Of a DNA stretch of 64,000 nt, positions 11,073 through 21,002 are shown piece by piece. Within the stretch, counting starts at the first letter, position 1. Every line of letters starts with the position of its first letter. The stretch lies in sequence record DRR723986_18836; one strand, written 5' to 3'. The notes under the pieces were generated by a model, which was not told the origin of the DNA, searched no databases, and worked only from the letters and a program-made list of their open reading frames with translations. Made by a program: the position numbers and the translations under genes.

Positions 11073-11868
11073 TATAGGTTTAATTTTCCTGAGGAATATA
11101 AAAATAGCAAGGCGATGACTAAAACTATTGCAATAATTACCATGAAAAGTAATATATATTATATGAGCTGCAACGTAACGGATTAGAACATTAATAAATG
11201 ATAAAGGATATATTCTTTTAAAAATAAAGGCACCATATAAGATAAGGATAGGTGATGAGACAAGTGATATAACAAGTTGATTACTTAGGTTGAATAATGC
11301 ACATAGCGTGTAAATGATAAAGTTAAAGAAAATCATCTGTGCAGTGGTATATAAATTAATCACAAGGTGCTCTGTATAATTATGTTTTCTATAATCTAAA
11401 AATACAATCCATGTTCCTACAGCAATGAATGGCATTAAAATGGAGAAAAACACACCTTGATAATTGTTGAAAAATTCAGGATAACCAGACAATGGGTTTT
11501 CAGTGCCACCACTTCCCATTTTAAAACTTTCATTAAAAAGAGTATTTTGAGAATCTAAGAATTCTGGAAAAAACTGTTAGAGTAAAAATGTTTGAAATCC
11601 TAGTATAGTTAATGATATAGCATAGAAAGGAATTACACCTATATATTTCTTTCTTAAACCATGGATATAACCATCAATAACGGCTTCAGGCTTTTTTAAG
11701 AGGTCAATTAAGGTTATTAAGAATTTATTATCAATAGAAAGAAATTCTTCGTTAACCTGCTCAGCTAAAACTTTTGGTGTGAGACGATTTCTTATCACTT
11801 TTGCGCCACAGTCATCACAAAAGTTTTGATTGCTATTAAGTGTTTTTAGTACAATTTTTACATTGCAT
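11072..11868 (-). pseudogene. DUF3667 paralog with three lesions
   Basis: MQCKNC start overlapping the cdaA stop; frameshift in the 5-nt homopolymer at 11843-11847; in-frame TAA at 11577-11579; second frameshift near 11145-11148; original end ...SSGKLNL* overlaps the next ATG. Confidence 0.85.
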
Positions 11869-12650
11869 TATGCCAGATCCTTTTTAATCTTTTCTATTAA
11901 TTCGTCGGTATCCTTAAACATAACAAATTCACCATTTTTAATATAGGAAATTTGCCCTGTTTCTTCACTCACTGCTATTGCTAAAGCATCTGTTTTTTCG
12001 GTAATGCCTACAGCAGCTCTATGTCTTAAGCCAAATCGTTCAGGTATGTTTTTTTCGTTGTTTACAGGTAAAATAACTCTCGTGGCTTTAACCACATTTT
12101 TGTCAATAATAATGGCACCATCATGTAATGGGCTATTTTTAAAAAAGATACTTTCTATAATGGGTTGAGATACTAAAATATTCATCTCATCGCCTGTATT
12201 GGTTAAAAAATCGAGATTATTATTGCGTTCAATAACAATTAAAGCACCTGTGTTGGTTGCACCCATTTTGTTGCATGCATTTATTATAGCGTCCACATCT
12301 GTTGAGGTTTGATCGTCATTTTTGAGAAATTTAAAGTTCTTAAAAATGCCTTTCTTTCCACCAATATTAGTAGAACCAACAAGTAGTAAAAATTTTCTAA
12401 TTTCTGGCTGAAAGACAACAATCAGTGCAATAATACCAACCTTCATAAAGCCGTCAAATATGCTATACAGCATCCGCATTTGAAGAAAATCCGTTAAGCG
12501 CCAAGCAAAGTAAATAATGAGAATACCAATAAAAATATTAATGGCAACAGTGCCTTTAACTAATTTGTAGATGTAAAAAAGTAAAATAGCAACAAGGAAG
12601 ACATCAACAAAGTCTATAAATCTGAAATCCCAAAGTTGTAAGTTGTCCAA
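11868..12650 (-). CDS. cdaA: Diadenylate cyclase
   Basis: Three transmembrane helices, FQPEIR, PLHDGA, GLRHRAA, VSEETG. Confidence 0.95.
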   Translation of the reverse strand: MDNLQLWDFRFIDFVDVFLVAILLFYIYKLVKGTVAINIFIGILIIYFAWRLTDFLQMRMLYSIFDGFMKVGIIALIVVFQPEIRKFLLLVGSTNIGGKKGIFKNFKFLKNDDQTSTDVDAIINACNKMGATNTGALIVIERNNNLDFLTNTGDEMNILVSQPIIESIFFKNSPLHDGAIIIDKNVVKATRVILPVNNEKNIPERFGLRHRAAVGITEKTDALAIAVSEETGQISYIKNGEFVMFKDTDELIEKIKKDLA

Positions 12651-12684
12651 AGGTTTGTGCTTTTTGCTAATTTAACAATTTAAG

Positions 12685-13392
12685 TTAATAAATGAATTCG
12701 TTAGTGTTAATAATCATTTTGTCTTTATCGAGTTTTGTTAATTCAGAAATACAAGAAATATAATCTTGAAATTGAAGTTGTTTGTCAAAATATAAATTCA
12801 ATGAATATCCAGTTATATTATAAGTTTTCTTGTTTTCAAGGATAGTATTGTAATCTTTAATTATGGCTAAAATTTGATTCTTAAAGTTATTCAAATTTTC
12901 TTTCTCGATGATTACATACGGCTGAAAAGTTGGGTTTTCAGAAATGGAAACGTTATCGAAAAGATTCAGTTTTATGGCATGATTTTTAATTTGACTTTTT
13001 TTTAGATTGATTTGTTCATACGAGGAGTTGGTAAACTCAACAAACCCTAAATTCCCAATATTTGTATCATTACAAGTAAAATAATTTTTAGCACTCTCAT
13101 TTTTATGCATGGAGGCTTTTTTGCGTTTGTCTTGCAAAATTTGAATATGAGGAATAGCTTGGCTTAAAGTCAATCGCTTATCAACATTAACCAACCAGTT
13201 AGTTGTGCCAATTAAGTTTTTTCTATTAAAAAGCGTCGAGTCTGGTTGAGTTTCGTCATAAAATATATATGCAGGTGACACGTCTAATACTTCAGTAATT
13301 TTAGCATTTTCAATTTCTGGTAATTGAACAATACGCTCGTTATTACAGCTAAAGCTCAATGTAATAAGAAGGGTGCATAAAAAACGTTTCAT
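12685..13392 (-). CDS. Hypothetical lipoprotein
   Basis: Lipobox SFSC; lies in the folP-cdaA operon. Confidence 0.7.
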   Translation of the reverse strand: MKRFLCTLLITLSFSCNNERIVQLPEIENAKITEVLDVSPAYIFYDETQPDSTLFNRKNLIGTTNWLVNVDKRLTLSQAIPHIQILQDKRKKASMHKNESAKNYFTCNDTNIGNLGFVEFTNSSYEQINLKKSQIKNHAIKLNLFDNVSISENPTFQPYVIIEKENLNNFKNQILAIIKDYNTILENKKTYNITGYSLNLYFDKQLQFQDYISCISELTKLDKDKMIINTNEFIY

Positions 13393-14220
13393 CTAATTCT
13401 TAGTTAATTGATTAAACAACTTTACACACTCAACAGCTTCTTTAACATCATGTGCGCGCAAAATTTTAGAACCTTTTTGTAGCGCAACCATGTGCAATGC
13501 TGTAGTACCATTAAGTGCTTCCTTTGAGGTAATATTTAGAGTTTTGTAAATCATAGATTTTCTTGATACTCCAGCTAAAATAGGTTTATCTGTAATATTC
13601 AGTAATTCTAATTTATTAAGCAATTCATAGTTTTGTTCTAGAGTTTTTGCAAAACCAAAACCAGGGTCAATGATGATATCAACAATTTTTTCGGCATGTG
13701 CTTTAGCAATTCGTTCGGCAAAATAATAATTGATATCTTTTATTAAATCATCATATTCGGTTTGTTGTTGCATGGTTTTTGGGTTTCCTCTCATGTGCAT
13801 CATAATATATGGAACACCTAGTTCTCCTATTGTAGATAACATGTTTTCATCTAAATGACCAGCCGAAATATCATTGATTAGCGCTGCACCCACTTTAATA
13901 CTTTGCTTTGCTACTTCACTTCTAAAAGTATCAACGGAAATTAATGTTTCAGAAAAATGTTTTAGAATTAATTGAATTATGGGAAGCACCCTTTTTAGTT
14001 CTTCTTCCTCAGAAACAAAGTCAGCGCCAGGACGCGAGCTATAACCACCAACATCTATAAAGGTAGCGCCATCGTTGAGCATTGTTTCAACTTTTTTTAA
14101 AATTTCTAATTCATTCTTGTACATTCCGCCATCGTAAAAAGAGTCTGGTGTTACGTTTAGAATTCCCATCACTTTTGGCGATGTTAAATCAATCAATTGG
14201 CCTTTGCAGTTTATAGTCAT
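13393..14220 (-). CDS. folP: Dihydropteroate synthase
   Basis: MGILNVTPDSF, SSRPGA, DPGFGF, SRKS, RAHDV. Confidence 0.97.
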   Translation of the reverse strand: MTINCKGQLIDLTSPKVMGILNVTPDSFYDGGMYKNELEILKKVETMLNDGATFIDVGGYSSRPGADFVSEEEELKRVLPIIQLILKHFSETLISVDTFRSEVAKQSIKVGAALINDISAGHLDENMLSTIGELGVPYIMMHMRGNPKTMQQQTEYDDLIKDINYYFAERIAKAHAEKIVDIIIDPGFGFAKTLEQNYELLNKLELLNITDKPILAGVSRKSMIYKTLNITSKEALNGTTALHMVALQKGSKILRAHDVKEAVECVKLFNQLTKN

Positions 14221-14245
14221 AAAACATTATAAAAGAGGCTCTTTA

Positions 14246-14273
14246 AAACTTTAAACCTCAAACTTTGAACTTC
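14246..14273. repeat. Degenerate heptamer tandem repeat
   Basis: AAACTTT-AAACCTC-AAACTTT-GAACTTC in the folP/DUF1599 intergenic region. Confidence 0.5.
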
Positions 14274-14316
14274 TAATTTATTTATGCGAAATTTACGCAA
14301 ATTATTATTGAATTAA

Positions 14317-14862
14317 ATGCAAGATACTTCAAAACAATATGATGCTGTAGTAGCAAAATGTAGAGCATTATTTGTGAATAAAATGAGCGATTATGGTAGT
14401 GCTTGGAGAATATTAAGATTACCATCTTTAACAGACCAAATATTTATTAAAGCGCAACGCATTCGTAGTCTTCAACAAAATTCTGTTAGAAAGGTTGATG
14501 AAGGTGAAGTAAGTGAGTTTATAGGTGTAATTAACTATTGTTTAATGGCATTAATTCAGCTTGATAGAGGAGTGGTAGAGCAGCCAGACCTAGATACAGA
14601 GGAAGCTACTGAACTCTACGATGAAAAAATAGCATTAACTAAACAGTTGATGATGGATAAAAATCATGATTATGGTGAAGCTTGGAGAGATATGCGTGTG
14701 AGTTCCTTAACCGATTTAATTTTACAGAAGTTATTGCGTGTTAAGCAAATTGAGGATAACGCTGGCAAAACAATAGTGAGTGAAGGTATTGATGCCAATT
14801 ACCAGGATATGATCAATTATGCTGTTTTTGCGATGATTCATCTTGGTGAATCTAAATCATAA
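14317..14862 (+). CDS. DUF1599 domain protein
   Basis: Duplicated K..DYG.AWR motif. Confidence 0.9.
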   Translation: MQDTSKQYDAVVAKCRALFVNKMSDYGSAWRILRLPSLTDQIFIKAQRIRSLQQNSVRKVDEGEVSEFIGVINYCLMALIQLDRGVVEQPDLDTEEATELYDEKIALTKQLMMDKNHDYGEAWRDMRVSSLTDLILQKLLRVKQIEDNAGKTIVSEGIDANYQDMINYAVFAMIHLGESKS

Positions 14863-14879
14863 AATTTAAAAGATTATTT

Positions 14880-15974
14880 ATGAAGATTTTAGTACATCTT
14901 AGTCGAATATTTGTAGGTGTTTTATTTATTATTTCAGGTTTTATAAAACTTAATGACCCACTTGGTTTTTCTTATAAACTGCAAGAGTATTTTGGAGAAG
15001 ATGTTTTAAATCTTGAATTTTTAATTCCTTATGCCTTAGGTATATCTGTAATCGTAGTTGTCTTTGAAGTGGTATTTGGAGTTTTCTTACTCATAGGTTA
15101 TAAACCAAAATTTACAATTTGGAGCTTACTGGCAATGATTGTCTTCTTTACATTTCTAACCTTTTATTCGGCCTATTTTGATAAAGTAAAAGATTGCGGA
15201 TGCTTTGGAGATGCCTTAAAATTAACACCATGGGAAAGCTTCACCAAAGACTTAGTGCTTTTGGTTCTTATACTCATCCTATTTTTTGGTATAAAGCACA
15301 TTAAACCAATCTTTACAAAGCTACCAACCACTGTCATAGCCTTACTAAGTTTTTTAGTGTCGTTATGGTTTGGTTATCATGTATTAATGCATTTACCTGC
15401 TATAGATTTTAGAGCCTACAAAATAGGAGCCAATATTCAGGAGGGAATGATAGTTCCTGAAAATGCTCCAAAACCAATTTTAGAATACACATGGACGTTT
15501 AACGTTAATGGTGAAGAGCAAGAATTTGTTACTAATGGTAGTTATCCTTCTGTCGATGGCGAATATGTTGGTGTAGAAACAAAAACTATAGATGAAGGCT
15601 ATATTCCTCCAATACAAGATTTTTCAATAGAGTCAGATGAAGAAGATTTAACGTCTCAGTTTTTAGAAGAAGAAAAGTTAGTCATAGTAGCGATGTATGA
15701 TATTTCTAAAGGTGAACTAGAAGGGCAAGAAAAACTAAAATCCTTTACAGACAAATCCATGAATAAAGGCTATACAGTAATTGGATTAACGTCATCTGGT
15801 GCAGAGGATAAGCAACAATTAAAATCTGATTACAATTTAAACTTTGATTTTTATCTATGTGATGAAAAGGTAATTAAAACCATTGTACGTGCTAATCCTG
15901 GAATTGTGATTTTAGAAAAAGGGACCGTTGTTAATAAGGCACATTGGAATGACATAGAAGACATAGAACTTTAA
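14880..15974 (+). CDS. BT_3928/DoxX (MauE-like) membrane protein
   Basis: SGFIKLNDPLGF and DCGCFGD; C-terminal thioredoxin-like region. Confidence 0.85.
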   Translation: MKILVHLSRIFVGVLFIISGFIKLNDPLGFSYKLQEYFGEDVLNLEFLIPYALGISVIVVVFEVVFGVFLLIGYKPKFTIWSLLAMIVFFTFLTFYSAYFDKVKDCGCFGDALKLTPWESFTKDLVLLVLILILFFGIKHIKPIFTKLPTTVIALLSFLVSLWFGYHVLMHLPAIDFRAYKIGANIQEGMIVPENAPKPILEYTWTFNVNGEEQEFVTNGSYPSVDGEYVGVETKTIDEGYIPPIQDFSIESDEEDLTSQFLEEEKLVIVAMYDISKGELEGQEKLKSFTDKSMNKGYTVIGLTSSGAEDKQQLKSDYNLNFDFYLCDEKVIKTIVRANPGIVILEKGTVVNKAHWNDIEDIEL

Positions 15975-15975
15975 T

Positions 15976-17052
15976 GTGGCAAACTATTTCTTAAATAAAC
16001 TACTTTATGCCTTTATCACCTTAATTGGTGTTGTTACTGTTATTTTCTTATTATTTACTATTCTACCTGGTGATCCGGCAAAAATGATGCTAGGACAAAA
16101 CCAAACTGAAGAACAGGTAAAAGCGGTTAAGAAGAAGTATGGATTTGATAAACCTATTGGCACTCAATTTTTGTATTACCTAAATGATTTATCACCAGTG
16201 TCGTTTCACTCTAAAACCAAAGGAGATTACACACATTTAAGTCCTAATAAATATACTGCTTCAGAATTGTTCACCATAGGTAACACAACCACAGTGATCA
16301 AAACTCCGTATTTAAGAGAGTCTTTTACTAAACAAGGCAAAAAAGTGACTGAAGTTATTGGTGAAACCATTCCAAATACATTTGTGTTAGCCGTTTCAGC
16401 CATTATAATTGCAATTATATTGGGAATTATATTTGGTATTTTTTCAGCACTCTACAAGGATACATGGATTGATAAAACCATTCAGATTTTAAGTACCTTA
16501 GGTATGAGTGTGCCTTCTTTTTTTAGTGCTATTTTGTTTGCTTGGTTTTTTGGTTTCGTTTTACATAATTATACTAATCTTGAAATGACAGGTAGTTTAT
16601 ACGAATTAGATGATTTTGGTGAAAAGATGACCATACAATGGAAAAATTTAATTTTACCAGCTGTTGTTTTGGGTATACGACCTTTGGCTGTTGTCATACA
16701 GTTAATGCGTAATTCATTGCTAGAAGTTATGGGTCAAGACTATATAAGAACAGCAAGAGCAAAGGGATTGAGTGAATTTCAGGTGATTAAAAATCACGCT
16801 GTAAAAAACGCACTTAATCCCGTAGTTACTGCAATATCTGGTTGGTTTGCATCTATGTTAGCAGGTGCAGTATTTGTAGAATATATTTTTGGGTGGAACG
16901 GCCTTGGTAAGGAAATTGTAAATGCTTTAAACACCTTAGATTTGCCTGTTATAATGGGTTCAGTTTTAGTAATTGCCATAGTATTTATAACTATAAACAT
17001 ATTTGTGGATATCATTTATGCATGGTTAGACCCTAGAGTAAAGTTGTCTTAA
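15976..17052 (+). CDS. ABC transporter permease (DppB/OppB-like)
   Basis: PGDPA, QDYIRTARAKGLS, DIIYAWLDPR. Confidence 0.92.
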   Translation: MANYFLNKLLYAFITLIGVVTVIFLLFTILPGDPAKMMLGQNQTEEQVKAVKKKYGFDKPIGTQFLYYLNDLSPVSFHSKTKGDYTHLSPNKYTASELFTIGNTTTVIKTPYLRESFTKQGKKVTEVIGETIPNTFVLAVSAIIIAIILGIIFGIFSALYKDTWIDKTIQILSTLGMSVPSFFSAILFAWFFGFVLHNYTNLEMTGSLYELDDFGEKMTIQWKNLILPAVVLGIRPLAVVIQLMRNSLLEVMGQDYIRTARAKGLSEFQVIKNHAVKNALNPVVTAISGWFASMLAGAVFVEYIFGWNGLGKEIVNALNTLDLPVIMGSVLVIAIVFITINIFVDIIYAWLDPRVKLS

Positions 17053-17138
17053 GAAATAGGTGATAATAATCAAGCTCCTTTCTTCATTAAAGTCTTATTT
17101 TTGTATTCAAATTGAAGAATTCATTACACATATAAATT

Positions 17139-17891
17139 ATGAGAAAATATATAGTTGCCGGAAATTGGAAAATGAACAATGGTCTTATCCAAACAAAATC
17201 ATTAATTGTTGAATTAAAAAAGCAAGCCAAAACTTCTGATGCAGAGGTAATGATTGCTCCAACATTTACCAACTTATGGCACGCGTTTGAGTCAACTAGG
17301 CAAGATGATATTGAAGTAGTTGCTCAAAATATGCACTTCGCAGAGAATGGCGCATATACAGGAGAAGTCAGTGCAGGTATGCTTAAAAGTATTGGGATAA
17401 AAACGGTTATTTTAGGTCATAGTGAAAGACGAGCTTACTTTAACGAGACTGATGAGTCTCTAGCCAAAAAAGTAGACGCTGCAATGCATAATAATATGCG
17501 AGTAATCTTTTGTTTTGGAGAGGAATTAGCAGACCGTAAGGCAGGTAATGAAGAGTCAGTTGTGGAGAGTCAGATAAAAAATGCACTATTTCATCTTGAA
17601 GCAGAAGCATTTAAAAATATAATATTAGCATACGAACCTGTTTGGGCAATTGGTACAGGTGAAACTGCAACGCCTGAGCAAGCCCAGGATATGCATGCTT
17701 TTATTAGAAAAACGCTAGCTGCTAAATACGGTAATGAGGTTGCGGATGAGGTTTCAATTCTTTATGGTGGTAGTGTAAAACCTAACAACGCCAAAGAAAT
17801 TTTTGGTAAGCCAGATGTAGATGGAGGATTAATAGGTGGTGCGTCATTGAAAGCTGAGGATTTCTTCGCTATCGTTAATGCCTTTTCATAA
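17139..17891 (+). CDS. tpiA: Triosephosphate isomerase
   Basis: AGNWKMN, GHSERR, AYEPVWAIGTG, YGGSV. Confidence 0.98.
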   Translation: MRKYIVAGNWKMNNGLIQTKSLIVELKKQAKTSDAEVMIAPTFTNLWHAFESTRQDDIEVVAQNMHFAENGAYTGEVSAGMLKSIGIKTVILGHSERRAYFNETDESLAKKVDAAMHNNMRVIFCFGEELADRKAGNEESVVESQIKNALFHLEAEAFKNIILAYEPVWAIGTGETATPEQAQDMHAFIRKTLAAKYGNEVADEVSILYGGSVKPNNAKEIFGKPDVDGGLIGGASLKAEDFFAIVNAFS

Positions 17892-18727
17892 TGTCTAATA
17901 CTACATATATAGGTTATGATTTTTTAGTAAGTCCGTTGCAACCAGCAACCGAAATTCTTATTGCTGAGCTAGGCTATGCAGGTTTTGAAAGTTTTGTAGA
18001 AAACGATGAAGGTGTTACAGCATATATTCAAAAAGAAGATTGGAATGCCTTTATATTAGAAGATATACACATATTAAGTTCTGATGAATTTGAAATTACG
18101 TATCAGTTTAACGAAATAGAACAGACCAACTGGAATGCTGAATGGGAAAAGAGTTTTAAGCCTATTATAGTAGATGATTTGGTAACAGTTAGAGCACCTT
18201 TTCATGACGTGCCAAAAACAAAATACGATTTAATAATTGAACCAAAAATGAGTTTTGGTACTGGTCATCATGAAACTACACATATGATGATTCAACATAT
18301 TCTCAAAAATGATTTTAAAAGTAAATCAGTTTTAGATATGGGTTGTGGCACTGGTGTATTAGCAATTTTAGCTGAAAAAGTAGGAGCAACTAAACTAGAT
18401 GCTATAGATATAGATAATTGGTGTTACATCAATAGTCTTGAAAATGTTGAAAGAAATGGTTGTGAAAATATTTCGGTATATGAAGGAGATGTAAAACTGA
18501 TTAGGGGTAAAAACTACGACACTATAATTGCAAATATTAATAGAAATATCTTAATGCAAGATATTCCCAAATATGCTAAGAGCTTAAATTCAAATGGAAG
18601 TCTTTTTTTAAGTGGTTTTTATGAAAACGATTTAAATCTCATAATCTCAACCTGTTCTGATTGCGGCCTCGTCTTTAAGGAAAAAATTGTAAGAAATAAT
18701 TGGGTTGCGGCTAAATTTAATATTTAG
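17891..18727 (+). CDS. prmA: Ribosomal protein L11 methyltransferase
   Basis: SFGTGHHETT, LDMGCGTGVL, ANIN. Confidence 0.95.
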   Translation: MSNTTYIGYDFLVSPLQPATEILIAELGYAGFESFVENDEGVTAYIQKEDWNAFILEDIHILSSDEFEITYQFNEIEQTNWNAEWEKSFKPIIVDDLVTVRAPFHDVPKTKYDLIIEPKMSFGTGHHETTHMMIQHILKNDFKSKSVLDMGCGTGVLAILAEKVGATKLDAIDIDNWCYINSLENVERNGCENISVYEGDVKLIRGKNYDTIIANINRNILMQDIPKYAKSLNSNGSLFLSGFYENDLNLIISTCSDCGLVFKEKIVRNNWVAAKFNI

Positions 18728-18975
18728 GAATAATATAATTATTTAACCCTTTATTTGATTAATCTTCAATAAGTTATTAAAAATTAACACAAATATTTAA
18801 AAAAGTGTGGTTTTCCCGTAACTAAAACTCTTTTTATTTTTCTAATTTTAAGTCAAATAATATTATTTGATTGTGGATTTTTATTGTGAATTCTTGTTAG
18901 AATCTCACCTAGATAATCTACGCCCACGATTACGTATTCGACTCAAACAAATCATTAATTTTTAACACATTAAAA

Positions 18976-20013
18976 ATGAAAAAAACAATAAAATATTGGG
19001 TTTTTACCATTTCTATTTTTGCACTAGTATTTACTGCTTGTCAAAAAGACGAAGTAGATGATAATGATTCAAATTTAGAAGTGGATGTTATTATTAACAT
19101 GAACAATTTAGATAACAGAACCTTGGTTACGGATTCTAATTTATTAGATGCAATAAGAACCTTAGACATAGATGTAGGGATAGCTTCTGTAGGTGATTTC
19201 CATTTACCAGACGGAACAGTAGAGGAGAGAATCTATATAGGGAGTGATATTACCTTCACAAGGTCAGAGTTAGACGCATTAGTTGGTTTGGCTGGTAGTC
19301 AAGATCGTCAATATAGAACTATTAACCTTGTTGAAGGTGCTAATCGTAACATTGATATTCTTGGTTATACAGGTGGAAGTCAGGCTCTATCCAGTAAAGC
19401 GCAGACTGCTTTGCAATGGGCTGTAAATAATTATAATAATCTAAATACTACCTTACAATTTAACTTAACGTTTGGTACAAATTATCAAGCTGCTGATATG
19501 GTGGTTTATGATAACACTATTAATAATTCAATTGGAACAGGTGGTGTTGCAGGTTTCCCTACTTCAGATGGTAGACCAAACAAATTTGTACAGATTTATG
19601 GTATTGAGCAATTTTCAACTAACGTTAATGAGCATGTAATTACTCATGAGATTGGTCATTCTATTGGTTTCCGTCATACAGATTGGTTTGATCGTTTAAG
19701 TTGTCCACCACAAGCCAAAGGTAATGAAGGTACTGGGTCTGATGGTGCTATTCATATTCAAGGCACACCAACAGGTAGAGATGTTACATCAGTTATGCAG
19801 GCATGTTTTGCACCAGACGAAGATGGTGAATTTAATGGCAATGACGTTACTGCTTTAGAGTTTATGTACCCTGAAACACCAGTGGGACCTTGCGATGGAG
19901 TTTCTGAATGGCAAAGTGGAGTAAGTTACAGTATAGGTGATCGTGTTACATATTTTGGTAACTTATATGAGCGTGTATCGAGTGGGTGGACATTTATTGG
20001 TCCTTGTAACTAG
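18976..20013 (+). CDS. M57-family metalloprotease lipoprotein with C-terminal CBM5/12-like module
   Basis: Lipobox FTAC, HEIGHSIGFRH zinc motif, Met-turn SVMQAC, C-terminal W..GVSY.IGDRVTY.GNLY. Confidence 0.85.
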   Translation: MKKTIKYWVFTISIFALVFTACQKDEVDDNDSNLEVDVIINMNNLDNRTLVTDSNLLDAIRTLDIDVGIASVGDFHLPDGTVEERIYIGSDITFTRSELDALVGLAGSQDRQYRTINLVEGANRNIDILGYTGGSQALSSKAQTALQWAVNNYNNLNTTLQFNLTFGTNYQAADMVVYDNTINNSIGTGGVAGFPTSDGRPNKFVQIYGIEQFSTNVNEHVITHEIGHSIGFRHTDWFDRLSCPPQAKGNEGTGSDGAIHIQGTPTGRDVTSVMQACFAPDEDGEFNGNDVTALEFMYPETPVGPCDGVSEWQSGVSYSIGDRVTYFGNLYERVSSGWTFIGPCN

Positions 20014-20048
20014 ACATATTTCTATAATAGAATTTAATAATCTTAAAG

Positions 20049-20084
20049 AAAATGGGCTGCAATTAAATTAATAGCCCATTTTTT
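20049..20084 (+). terminator. Intrinsic terminator
   Basis: AAAATGGGCT...AGCCCATTTT followed by T-run. Confidence 0.7.
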
Positions 20085-20188
20085 ACTGTCATTAAATTAA
20101 ACTTTAACATAATTAGGGTATTAACGGAATCTATTTTTAGGTTTTGTATCAAAATATTTTCTAAATTAGTCATATCCAAATTGCAATT

Positions 20189-20464
20189 ATGAGTTTTCAA
20201 GAAAAAGGTAAAGAAGAATTACTTCTCGAAGAAGAAGTTTTAAAACAAAATGAAATAGTTTTGTTTAATGATGATGTCAATACATTCGATCATGTCATTG
20301 ATACTTTAATATATGCTTGTGATCACGTGCCTGAGCAGGCTGAGCAATGTGCTATTATTGTGCACTATAAAGGAAAGTGTACTGTAAAAACAGGTTCTTA
20401 TGACGATCTAAAACCGCGCTGTTCCAAGCTTTTAGAAGCAGGCCTAAGTGCTGAAATAGTTTAA
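20189..20464 (+). CDS. clpS: Clp protease adaptor ClpS
   Basis: LFNDDVNTFDHV, VHYKGKC. Confidence 0.92.
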   Translation: MSFQEKGKEELLLEEEVLKQNEIVLFNDDVNTFDHVIDTLIYACDHVPEQAEQCAIIVHYKGKCTVKTGSYDDLKPRCSKLLEAGLSAEIV

Positions 20465-20480
20465 TAAAAGAAATAGTATA

Positions 20481-20513
20481 ATAAAAAATCCCGCATTTTG
20501 CGGGATTTTTTAT
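20481..20513. terminator. Bidirectional terminator
   Basis: ATAAAAAATCCCGCA-tt-TGCGGGATTTTTTAT-type hairpin between convergent genes. Confidence 0.85.
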
Positions 20514-20782
20514 TTTGTCATTCTTCCAAGAGCACAACTCACAAAGGACTTTGCTTTTTTCGGTAGCGAATTAGCTTCACCAACTATAGGATAACCTAAG
20601 TCAGATAGCTTTGTTTTTACAGCACCAAGTTCAGTTTCAGAGTTGTGTTTAAAAGTTACTTCGTCAGTTTCGTTGTTAACTGAAACATCCGATATACCTT
20701 CGAGTTTAGATAGTTGTGTAATTATAGTATTAGCACAACCTCCGCATTTTAAGTTTTGTATTTGAATTATTGTTGTTTTCAT
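20510..20782 (-). CDS. Heavy-metal-associated (HMA) domain protein
   Basis: NLKCGGC motif and C-terminal KSFVSCA.G. Confidence 0.9.
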   Translation of the reverse strand: MKTTIIQIQNLKCGGCANTIITQLSKLEGISDVSVNNETDEVTFKHNSETELGAVKTKLSDLGYPIVGEANSLPKKAKSFVSCALGRMTK

Positions 20783-20791
20783 TGTTTTTAA

Positions 20792-20995
20792 TTATTTGCG
20801 TTTGCATGTATTCCATCCAAATGGAGCGTAGAGTGGACAAAAACTTATAAAACTTGTAAGCAAGAAAATAATAGCAAATGCCATTAATATATAGGCTAAT
20901 GTACCTTGTATAACATCAAAATAATACAATAACGAAATAGCAACTGCAATTACTATTCTAATACCTTTGTCTAGATTACCGATGTTTTTTTTCAT
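20792..20995 (-). CDS. DUF2892 (YgaP-like) membrane protein
   Basis: MKKNIG.LDK.IR, FCPLY..FG.NTC. Confidence 0.9.
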   Translation of the reverse strand: MKKNIGNLDKGIRIVIAVAISLLYYFDVIQGTLAYILMAFAIIFLLTSFISFCPLYAPFGWNTCKRK

Positions 20996-21002
20996 GATAC
21001 TT

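Noticed and set aside
10290..11519. 409-aa ORF as a single gene
   Set aside because: It is a pseudogene remnant running in frame into an intact gene that starts at 11072.
14246..14273. Heptamer repeat as a mobile-element scar or phase-variable switch
   Set aside because: Only four degenerate units and no associated element.
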